A stretch of 64,000 nt of DNA, from assembly GCA_965657355.1 (NCBI GenBank), contig CBFHOE010000003.1, positions 1 to 64,000 on the forward strand, in the 5' to 3' direction. This stretch comes from Limisphaerales bacterium (GTDB taxonomy: Bacteria > Verrucomicrobiota > Verrucomicrobiia > Limisphaerales > JAJOIW01). The translations under genes were made by a program, and so were the position numbers. Below the pieces are notes generated by a model. The model saw nothing but the letters and a program-made list of their open reading frames with translations. It ran no database searches and had not been told where the DNA came from. Shown here piece after piece: positions 1-8,057 of the stretch (the first letter of the stretch is position 1; every line of letters begins with the position of its first letter).

Positions 1-405
1 GCTGGATCACCAGCACTTGAGTCTGGCCGAGACGAGATAGCAGACGGCTTTTTCAGCGATGTTAATTTCAAAGGCGCCTTTGGGTCAGTCAACTGGGCAG
101 GGGGATGGACGATCTTAGTCGAGTCAGGTTATATGACCGATGCGGCAAGTGGAGTTCCTAATTACCCATTGAAAGGGGCTGGTAGGATATCCGATATAAA
201 CCTCATCAATGGTGGAACTGAAATGCAGTTCTCTATTTTAGGTGAAGTTGGTAAAACATATACCGTTCAGTCCATCTCAAGTCTTGGCTCATCCAACTGG
301 AGCGATGTTCAATCCGTATCCGGTCAGGGACACATGATTACGATAACTGTTCCAATGAGTGATGACCCGGAAGCAGCTGAATTCTTCAGAATTAATATTC
401 AGTAA
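1..405 (+). CDS. 3' end of a probably secreted protein (truncated at the window start), ending in a shared C-terminal domain
   Basis: Frame 1 is open from base 1 (AGSPALESG...FFSDVNFKGAFGSVNWAGGWT...) into the 133..405 ORF, so the ATG at 133 is internal. Ends ...YTVQSISSLGSSNW...AEFFRINIQ*. Confidence 0.8.
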   Translation, partial: AGSPALESGRDEIADGFFSDVNFKGAFGSVNWAGGWTILVESGYMTDAASGVPNYPLKGAGRISDINLINGGTEMQFSILGEVGKTYTVQSISSLGSSNWSDVQSVSGQGHMITITVPMSDDPEAAEFFRINIQ

Positions 406-434
406 TTATATTTCTGTTTGAACCATATTTATTC

Positions 435-460
435 AAGGGAGGCTGAGGCCTCCCTTTTTT
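435..460 (+). terminator. Rho-independent terminator
   Basis: Stem AAGGGAGGC (435-443) / GCCTCCCTT (448-456) with a 4-nt loop, followed by a T run, 30 nt after the stop codon. Confidence 0.85.
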
Positions 461-554
461 ATTGGCATTTCTATCCAATTTTTACCCAACCTTCATACTA
501 TCGTGACACCTGTTGATGATATTGTTGAAGGATTCAGGACTCAATAAACTAGAA

Positions 555-1400
555 ATGACAACAATTTTAATAGTGCTCAGTGGGGTTAGGCCTGATGCTC
601 TCGCGAAATCTGCGTGCCCCGTTTATTCTAATTTGAAGCAACAAGGAAGTTATTTAAACCAGGCTAAAACGGTTTTTCCTTCACTCACTTTGCCATGTCA
701 TATGTCACTATTTCATAGCCTTCCTCCAATTGAGCACTTGGTGACAGATGATTCATCGATTCCTCCAACCAATTTAACTACAAGTTTGATTGATCATCTC
801 AGCAAGATGTCATTGAAGGTGGGTTCCTTTTATTCCACAGAGCAGCTTAGAAACCTGAGTAATCCAGGGTCCTTATCTTTCAGTTACTATCGAAACAAAG
901 ATCAATATGAGGGTGAAGTTGATGTTGATCTTGTTTCCAAAGCCATTTCATGGATCAATTCAGAAAACCCGGATTTTGTATTTATTAATCTTAATCAAGC
1001 TGATGAAGCTGGACATCAGACTGGCTGGATGAGTCCCCACTACTTGAGAAGAGTGGAAAATATTGATCGCATATTGGGGCTCTTAGTAAATGAAAGGCCG
1101 CCCGAATCTCATCTGTTTATTGTGGGAGACCATGGAGGGCATGGATTTGATCACGGAACGAAGCTTCCAGAGGATGTTCAGATACCTTGGATGGCTGTAG
1201 GGCCTAAGATAAGAGAGGGATATCAGATCACCCGTCAGGTTAATATCATAGATACAATTCCTACTGTTGCTGCAGTTATGGGAGTTAAATCTCACCTTGA
1301 TTGGAAGGGGTCCATAATTACTGAAATATTTAAAGAGCAGAGGCAGTCAGCAAGCTCATCCAGAAGTTTTGGGTCTAATGACCTTATAGCCCTGCGATAG
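555..1400 (+). CDS. Alkaline phosphatase superfamily protein (type I phosphodiesterase/nucleotide pyrophosphatase-like)
   Basis: Motifs GVRPD, PSLTLPCH (Thr nucleophile), DEAGH, GDHGG, HG and IIDTIPT. The ATG at 555 is preferred over the TTG at 513. Confidence 0.8.
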   Translation: MTTILIVLSGVRPDALAKSACPVYSNLKQQGSYLNQAKTVFPSLTLPCHMSLFHSLPPIEHLVTDDSSIPPTNLTTSLIDHLSKMSLKVGSFYSTEQLRNLSNPGSLSFSYYRNKDQYEGEVDVDLVSKAISWINSENPDFVFINLNQADEAGHQTGWMSPHYLRRVENIDRILGLLVNERPPESHLFIVGDHGGHGFDHGTKLPEDVQIPWMAVGPKIREGYQITRQVNIIDTIPTVAAVMGVKSHLDWKGSIITEIFKEQRQSASSSRSFGSNDLIALR

Positions 1401-1417
1401 ATAAGTCTCCAAAATAA

Positions 1418-2815
1418 TTAATCTTGGTTTTTGACTTTAGTTATTCCCCATCCCGTGAATGCTAGAAGGAGGGAGATGATCGGCGAAAGCCAATTGAAAA
1501 AGGCATATGGAGCAAAGACGTGAGGAGCAACTCCCAAAAAATTTTTCATTGTTGCACCACAAGTATTCCAAAAAATTAAAGGTGAAGTGAGCGTTCCTGC
1601 GTCCTCGAGGCATCTGGAGAGGTTTTGTGGGGCCAGGCCCTTTTTTGTAAATGCGCTTTTGAACATTTTTCCAGGCACAGCTATTGCCAGATATTGATCT
1701 GCTGCGACAAGGTTCATTATGATACAAGACATATTAGTTGCACCGATGAGTTTGCCAGTACTTGTCGCCAGCTTCAGGATAGCCAAGGCAATAACCTCCA
1801 GCATATGGGTTTTCATCATTATACCACCGAAACCAAGTGCACAAAAAATCAAAGAAATAGTCCACATCATTTCGCTTAGGCCACCTTTATTGAGTAGCTC
1901 ATTGACTTTGTCACTGCCGGAGTCTCCGTCAAACCCGTTAAAAGCATAATATAACATCTTTGATGGCTCTACTCCTTGATAAAAAATCCCTAACAAGATC
2001 CCTATCAAACTCGCAATAAACAGTGATGGTAGAGCTGGTGCCTTTTTCCAGATCATTATCAAAACCAAAGATGGGGCAATAATTAGGATCGGGCTTAGCT
2101 TGTAATTAGATTGAATGACATTCCTAATCTCCGAAATGTCCGAGATTTGGCTAGTATTAAATTCAGAGAGTATTCCGATAAAGAAATAGGCAACCAGGCT
2201 TATGGATATCGCTGGAACGGTTGTGTAAAGCATATGCCGGATGTGAGTGAATAAATCCGTGCCTGCAACTGCTGGCGCTAGATTTGTCGAATCTGACAAT
2301 GGGGAGAGTTTATCACCAAAATAGGACCCTGACACTATAGCTCCAGCAGCAATAGCTTCGTTTATTCCCAATCCAGAGCCAACCCCCATTAATGCCACTC
2401 CGACCGTGCCTGCTGTAGTCCATGAGCTACCTGTAGCTAATGAAATGACAGCGCAAATCGCGCATGATGCTACGTAAAAAATCTTTGGATGTAATAAGCC
2501 GAGGCCCATATCAATCAGAAAAGGAACAATTCCACTGGCTATCCATGTAGCGATGAGTATGCCAACTACCATCAAAATAAGGATGGCTTTCAATCCAACT
2601 TGTATACCTTCGGCGATACCCTCTTCAAGGATCTCCCACTTATATCCGTTAATTAAGCCGATCCCTGCTGCTACCCCAGCCCCTGCGATTATTGCCATAT
2701 GCGGATCCCCAAGTCCAAAAACTTGGAGAATCAGGTAAAGGAATAAGATGAGAGACAATAACGGAATTATCGAAATTATCAGATTTGGTTTTTTTATTTC
2801 ATCTGAGGACATCAC
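1418..2815 (-). CDS. nhaC: NhaC family Na+/H+ antiporter / amino-acid transporter
   Basis: Multi-TM protein with TGSSWTTAGTVG, SGSYFGDKLSPLSDSTNLA and LSRCLEDAGT signatures. Confidence 0.9.
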   Translation of the reverse strand: MMSSDEIKKPNLIISIIPLLSLILFLYLILQVFGLGDPHMAIIAGAGVAAGIGLINGYKWEILEEGIAEGIQVGLKAILILMVVGILIATWIASGIVPFLIDMGLGLLHPKIFYVASCAICAVISLATGSSWTTAGTVGVALMGVGSGLGINEAIAAGAIVSGSYFGDKLSPLSDSTNLAPAVAGTDLFTHIRHMLYTTVPAISISLVAYFFIGILSEFNTSQISDISEIRNVIQSNYKLSPILIIAPSLVLIMIWKKAPALPSLFIASLIGILLGIFYQGVEPSKMLYYAFNGFDGDSGSDKVNELLNKGGLSEMMWTISLIFCALGFGGIMMKTHMLEVIALAILKLATSTGKLIGATNMSCIIMNLVAADQYLAIAVPGKMFKSAFTKKGLAPQNLSRCLEDAGTLTSPLIFWNTCGATMKNFLGVAPHVFAPYAFFNWLSPIISLLLAFTGWGITKVKNQD

Positions 2816-2873
2816 AAAATTTTGATAACGATATTTAATTTAACTCACCTAAATAGAAACAGAGGAAAATGAT

Positions 2874-4037
2874 TTATGGATTAAATAATTTTTTGATTTT
2901 TGATTCCGGCAATTCATAAACATGATTGCCATTTATGCCCGTCATGGAACGGGCCGCTACCAAAGCATTAATAATGGATTCCTCTGTTGTTTGGATAACT
3001 GCCTTAAAAAATTGATCAATTTTTTCGTTAGGAATCATGTTTAAAGCTAATTTTCCATTCTTTCTCTTTTCCAGAGGAGCTGTGCTAAATGTAATAAACA
3101 AGTCGCCTGAAGAGTTATACCCAACGCCACCTGTTCTTTGTATGCCGAGTGGTATCCGATTTGTGAGTCTTTTTAATTGATGGGGCAGAAGTGGGGCGTT
3201 TGTTCCTATAACAACAAGGATGGAATTACCTGGTTCGCTGGGTAATATGGAGTTCATTACGGGATTTAAATCTGGTATTTCTTTTCCGACCTTTTTTCCG
3301 GAAATTTTTAAATCTTCTCTCGACCCGAAATTTGCCTGGACCAAAGCGCCGAGGACAAATCCGTCTTCAGTGATACGAGATGATGTGCCTATGCCACCTT
3401 TAAATTTGAAACACACCATCCCGGTGCCCCCGCCTACATTACCTTCCAAAATAGCGCCCCCGGAAGCATTGTTTAAAGCTTTTAAAACATGCTTTTCTTT
3501 CACATGAAATCCATGAATATCATTTAATCGTCCATCCCAGGTTTCTCCTATAACTGGTAAAGAAGCAAAATCATATTTTGATTTGCCATTGTGATATTTA
3601 TTTTCTTGTCGCCATTTTATGGCCGCCTGATGCGCAGCCCCAATGCTATGGGTATTTGTAAATAAAATGGGTTCCTCTAGCATCCCTGATTCCTCGACCC
3701 AATGCATTCCGGTAAATTCTCCGTTCCCATTAAGTTTGCCACCTGATGCGAAAATTTTTCTAAAAGATTTCCCTGTGGGGAGAATTGCAGTGACGCCGGT
3801 CCGTATTGGGCCTCTTCCGACGATTAATTCTCCTTCTCCTTTGATTATTGTTTCATGACCGACTAAAACTCCAGGGACATCAGTTATTGCATTTAGTTTT
3901 CCTGGTGTTCCCTCAAACGAAATTCCAAGATCTCTGGCTCTGTTTTGCCGAGTTTGTTTTCTCTGAATCTCCTCACAGATCGCACTTGCAGAAAACAAAA
4001 CGATTACAAATACTAAATTTTTAAAAAGGTGGTTCAT
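2874..4037 (-). CDS. Exported P1/S58 family aminopeptidase (DmpA/BapA-like Ntn hydrolase)
   Basis: Signal peptide; RARDLG, NAITDVPGVLVGH, EGNVGGGTGM, KGGIGTSSR, NSSGD; autoprocessing site GN|SIL. Confidence 0.9.
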   Translation of the reverse strand: MNHLFKNLVFVIVLFSASAICEEIQRKQTRQNRARDLGISFEGTPGKLNAITDVPGVLVGHETIIKGEGELIVGRGPIRTGVTAILPTGKSFRKIFASGGKLNGNGEFTGMHWVEESGMLEEPILFTNTHSIGAAHQAAIKWRQENKYHNGKSKYDFASLPVIGETWDGRLNDIHGFHVKEKHVLKALNNASGGAILEGNVGGGTGMVCFKFKGGIGTSSRITEDGFVLGALVQANFGSREDLKISGKKVGKEIPDLNPVMNSILPSEPGNSILVVIGTNAPLLPHQLKRLTNRIPLGIQRTGGVGYNSSGDLFITFSTAPLEKRKNGKLALNMIPNEKIDQFFKAVIQTTEESIINALVAARSMTGINGNHVYELPESKIKKLFNP

Positions 4038-4051
4038 TTACGATTGGAGAA

Positions 4052-4585
4052 TTATTCCGATTTACTCTTTCCTGTGAGGAAGTTTCCCGTTCTAAATACT
4101 TCTTTGAGAACGCCGCTGGGGATCGTTGACATCGTGTCGTACCATTGAGTAGTTGTTTGAAAAAAGTCCTTTAAGTCGGACAGTCTCTTCTGGGTCAGTT
4201 CTGATTCCTCAGATTTTGGGTCCTTTGCCATGTCAAGGCACTCTTGGAGGAGCTCCAACGTCGGGTCAACTTCTCGCTTTTTTCTTTGCTCTAGAATAAT
4301 TCGAAACATATCCCAGACATTGTGTAAACTTTGAAAATGATCTCTTTTGTCACCAATCACAGGCGCTTTTTTCACAATTCCCCAATTTTGTAATTCTTTA
4401 AGACTATTGCTGACATTACTCCTAGCAACAGAAAGTAGCTCGCTTATTTCCTCTGCATTTAATGGTCTTTCAAAGACATACAATAAAGCGTGAATTTGCG
4501 CCACAGTTCGGCTTATTCCCCATCTCGTTCCCATTTCCCCCCAGTGAAGTATGAACCTTTGTTGTGTAGGAGTTAATTTTACCAT
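4052..4585 (-). CDS. GbsR/MarR family transcriptional regulator
   Basis: FILHWGEMGTRWGISRTVAQIHALLY and HTH segment LSVARSNVSNSLKELQNWG. Confidence 0.88.
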   Translation of the reverse strand: MVKLTPTQQRFILHWGEMGTRWGISRTVAQIHALLYVFERPLNAEEISELLSVARSNVSNSLKELQNWGIVKKAPVIGDKRDHFQSLHNVWDMFRIILEQRKKREVDPTLELLQECLDMAKDPKSEESELTQKRLSDLKDFFQTTTQWYDTMSTIPSGVLKEVFRTGNFLTGKSKSE

Positions 4586-4763
4586 TTCGTTCCGAAATTC
4601 CTGATATTGGGAAAATAACTGACTTTATTTCCTCCTGCAACAACCGACAAAATAAAAACAAAAAATCGATCTCAAGTTCTAACACATTTTGATTGAGAGT
4701 TGATTTCAAATATTTTTTGGAGCTTAATTGGTTGTCTACCTTTGCACAGACCTCAAATGAATC

Positions 4764-5417
4764 ATGGCTAAACCATCAAATAATAAAGAGCATGAGGCGA
4801 ATCAGTCGCCAAATACTAATCCTGAATTATTAGCGAAGATCAAGGATAACAACAACGAAGCTGCATGGCGTGAGTTTATCGAGACATACAGACCTTTGGT
4901 TTATGGTTTCTGTATCAATCACCAGCTTCAGGAAGCAGATGCAAATGACGTGACGCAAGAGGTTATGAAAGCCATTGCAAGAAGTATCGCCAATTTCGAG
5001 TATGACCCAAAAAAAGGGAGATTCAGGTCCTGGCTTTTCACTGTCACTCGGAGCAAATTTAATAATTTATTGGAATCTAAATATAAGCACCCTCAAGGGT
5101 CTGGTGATACGGAGATGATCCGATTTATTGAGGCACAGCCTGCAAAGGAGGTTACAGAGGACTGGGATAAAGGGTTTAAAAAGCAAACCCTGAGAACGGC
5201 TATGGAATCTATTCAACTTGAATTTTCAGATAAAACTTGGGAGGCATTTGTACGGACTGCAATAAATCAAGAAGCAGGCAAAGATGTTGCTGACAAGTTA
5301 GACCTATCTGTCGGTGCTGTTTATATTGCACGGAGTCGAGTCACAACTCGTTTGAAAGAGTGGATTCGAAGATTCTTGAGAGATGAAACAGATTTCTTTG
5401 CTGACCTCGAGGAATAA
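4764..5417 (+). CDS. ECF sigma-70 factor
   Basis: Region 2 (AWREF..DANDVTQEV..GRFRSWLFTV) and region 4 HTH (DVADKLDLSVGAVYIARSRV). Confidence 0.9.
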   Translation: MAKPSNNKEHEANQSPNTNPELLAKIKDNNNEAAWREFIETYRPLVYGFCINHQLQEADANDVTQEVMKAIARSIANFEYDPKKGRFRSWLFTVTRSKFNNLLESKYKHPQGSGDTEMIRFIEAQPAKEVTEDWDKGFKKQTLRTAMESIQLEFSDKTWEAFVRTAINQEAGKDVADKLDLSVGAVYIARSRVTTRLKEWIRRFLRDETDFFADLEE

Positions 5418-5435
5418 TCGTGATCTTTCCAAAAA

Positions 5436-7124
5436 CTAATGCGACCTATTGAGCTCTGCCCTGAGGATATCTCTTAACGAAAGAATGCCAAGGAGCTTTC
5501 CTTTTTTGGAATCGACTACAAGCGCGATATTGGATTTGGATTGGAGAAGCTTTTGTTGGGTCTCACTTATTGGAGTGGCAGGATAAACAGTTATGGGATG
5601 AGATAATTCCGGGGAACGGTTTTCCTTAAGAGATCTCCTTAATTCATCTATTGTAGTAACTCCAATGGGAACTCCATTTTCGACCACCGGATAGGTATCG
5701 TAGTGAGCCGATTTTAAGAATTCTTCGATATCTTCTGGAATTATGGAGTCTAAATATTTGGGATTTAGATTGGCCAAGGTTGCGGTGGGTTTCCTTAACC
5801 ACTGATCAAAGTCGCGAGGGGGTATATGCCTTTCAAGGTCATTACCAGATAGAATTAAAAGTGAATCATATATGCTCAATGAGTTAAATTTCTTAGATAT
5901 AGATTGGCTTATCAATGTTACTAGCATGAGGGGTGGTAATATTTCAAAAGAATGAGTCATCTCAAACAACATTAATATTCCCGTTATAGGGGCCTTAACG
6001 ACACAACCGAAACAAGCACACATTCCAAGTGCCGCCATAGCTACTGGCCCATGTGGCCCGATATCAAAAAAAATGTTAATTGTGGCTCCAATGGCATATC
6101 CGCTTGCTCCTCCAAGGAAAATAAGTGGGCCGAAGATTCCGCCGCATCCACCTGTTCCATAGTACAGGCAAACAGATAAGAATTTACAAACGAGCAAAAT
6201 CCAAACAATAGATACTGAAAGCTCTCCATTGAAAATCCTGTTTAATTCAGGGTCCCCGGTACCAAAAAGTCCGGTTGTTTTAAAAAAGGCAAAAACCAGG
6301 AAGCAAATGGCCCAGCCCCCAAATGCTCCGATGATTGGGTAAAGCCAATATGGCTTTGCAGCAAAGCTCTTTGACTGTCTGATAATTGCTTTTATACAAA
6401 AAATAAAAGCAATCCCAATTAGGCTACTTCCAATACCTGTAATGACAGCAGGTATATACCACTTTAAGTCAAAATTCTTTATGTCAACCAAAGGATATAT
6501 GGCGAAGTTTCCTATGATTAAATGGTAAGTTCCGGCCCCGATGATCGCTGCCAAAAGTACGATTCCTAGGCGTCTACTATTTAGGTCTCCTAGCACTTCT
6601 TCCAAGAAAAAAGTAACAGCGGCGAGTGGCGTATTGAAGCAAGCCGCCAAACCTGCTGCTGCGCCAGCCGCACATGCGTTTTTTTTCTGGCGTGGAGGTA
6701 ATCGAATAAGATCTGCGATAGCTGATGCGATACCGGCACAAATAAATACACTAGGACCTCTGCGGCCCAGTCCGATGCCTGAAATCAACCCAACGACGCT
6801 TGCAAAAAATTTAGCAAAAGTGGCCTTTATAGGAATATGCCCCTGATCTCTCCAGTAAATAAGTTTCATCTGGGAGACCCCACTCCCAGATGAAAGTGGA
6901 GCCCACTGCGTCGTTAACCAACTTGCTAACCGAGTGGCGAATAAAATCAAAGCAAGACTGAATAACCCAAACTGCAAAATCGATAACGAAATAAGGTATT
7001 CGTAAACAAAACGAAAACCATTACTAACTAAGACAAAAATAAATATGGCTGCAGCACCTGCTGGGATTCCAACTAAAATTCCAGAGATGACAATGGAGGA
7101 TGGGTGTCCCCAACTAAGCTTCAT
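5436..7124 (-). CDS. CLC-family chloride channel/transporter with C-terminal CBS pair (atypical gating motif)
   Basis: GSGV, G-R-R-G-P (canonical GREGP), FNTPLAAVTFFLEE, GGIFGP, FEMT, SIYD; CBS-like C-terminus. Confidence 0.88.
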   Translation of the reverse strand: MKLSWGHPSSIVISGILVGIPAGAAAIFIFVLVSNGFRFVYEYLISLSILQFGLFSLALILFATRLASWLTTQWAPLSSGSGVSQMKLIYWRDQGHIPIKATFAKFFASVVGLISGIGLGRRGPSVFICAGIASAIADLIRLPPRQKKNACAAGAAAGLAACFNTPLAAVTFFLEEVLGDLNSRRLGIVLLAAIIGAGTYHLIIGNFAIYPLVDIKNFDLKWYIPAVITGIGSSLIGIAFIFCIKAIIRQSKSFAAKPYWLYPIIGAFGGWAICFLVFAFFKTTGLFGTGDPELNRIFNGELSVSIVWILLVCKFLSVCLYYGTGGCGGIFGPLIFLGGASGYAIGATINIFFDIGPHGPVAMAALGMCACFGCVVKAPITGILMLFEMTHSFEILPPLMLVTLISQSISKKFNSLSIYDSLLILSGNDLERHIPPRDFDQWLRKPTATLANLNPKYLDSIIPEDIEEFLKSAHYDTYPVVENGVPIGVTTIDELRRSLKENRSPELSHPITVYPATPISETQQKLLQSKSNIALVVDSKKGKLLGILSLRDILRAELNRSH

Positions 7125-7972
7125 ATTCCCGAAAATTTCGAAACCATTAAAAAGAAGCAGGGAATAACCAAGAGAAGAATGTCTGCCATAGACTGCTTCC
7201 AGACTTTCGATTTATTTCCAAGTTTTGATTCCAGAAGTAAGAGCCCTACATTACTAAAAGCTGCTGTCAATCCGGCAGCAAAAGCTATTATTCCCTGGTT
7301 AAATGCTAGTGCCAAAACAGAGATAACAATGGATACGCCTGTAGAGAATAGGTTTAATTTTTTTAGGCCACCCTTTTTTTGCGCGCTTATATCATTATCC
7401 CAATAGGAGACCCAAAAACAATTGGCGGCAGCTAAAAAGCCGAGGACTAACCAGACATAGAAAAAATGAGGGGTTTCAACGTCTCGAAGTGACCATGGCT
7501 GTAATATCGTTCCCGCTCCAAATATTAACCCCACCCGCAGTTCTTTTTTTAATGGAAAAGAATCATCTAAAAGTTCGTTGTGCGATATAATAAGGTGCAA
7601 AACGGTTAGCCCCATTATCATCAAAGCTCCGAGCCATGCTTGAGTATTCAAATTTGCAAAAGCTAAGCCGATACTTATGGCCCCAGCCAACTGACAAACG
7701 AGGCGAAGTGAGAAAGCATATCGTTGATGAAATTGGTGCCTTTTTGTCTTTGGGGTCTCAGTTCTTGGAATGTTCTGGACGTCGATTAAGCGGTCAAAGC
7801 AGTAAACCACCCATACCGACAAAAATAGCAATAACCTATGGCCAGTTTGAATTTCAGAATTAAATACACTTCCGGCCACCTCCTGCCAAGCTATGGCAAC
7901 AGATGGCGCATCCAAGTTAAACTGGTTGATTTTTTCCCATATTTTATTCAGCTTTTTGCCTATACCTGACAT
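7121..7972 (-). CDS. Multi-pass membrane protein, UbiA prenyltransferase-like
   Basis: About 8 hydrophobic segments; LDAPSVA and WVVYCFDRLID (resembles the first Asp-rich motif of UbiA). The stop overlaps the CLC start by 4 nt. Confidence 0.55.
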   Translation of the reverse strand: MSGIGKKLNKIWEKINQFNLDAPSVAIAWQEVAGSVFNSEIQTGHRLLLFLSVWVVYCFDRLIDVQNIPRTETPKTKRHQFHQRYAFSLRLVCQLAGAISIGLAFANLNTQAWLGALMIMGLTVLHLIISHNELLDDSFPLKKELRVGLIFGAGTILQPWSLRDVETPHFFYVWLVLGFLAAANCFWVSYWDNDISAQKKGGLKKLNLFSTGVSIVISVLALAFNQGIIAFAAGLTAAFSNVGLLLLESKLGNKSKVWKQSMADILLLVIPCFFLMVSKFSGI

Positions 7973-8057
7973 TGTCTTTAGGATTGTTTTTTATTAATTT
8001 TGGTAAATTTATACTATTAATAAGCTATTATTTTAATATTTTGCCGATTTAACTAAT

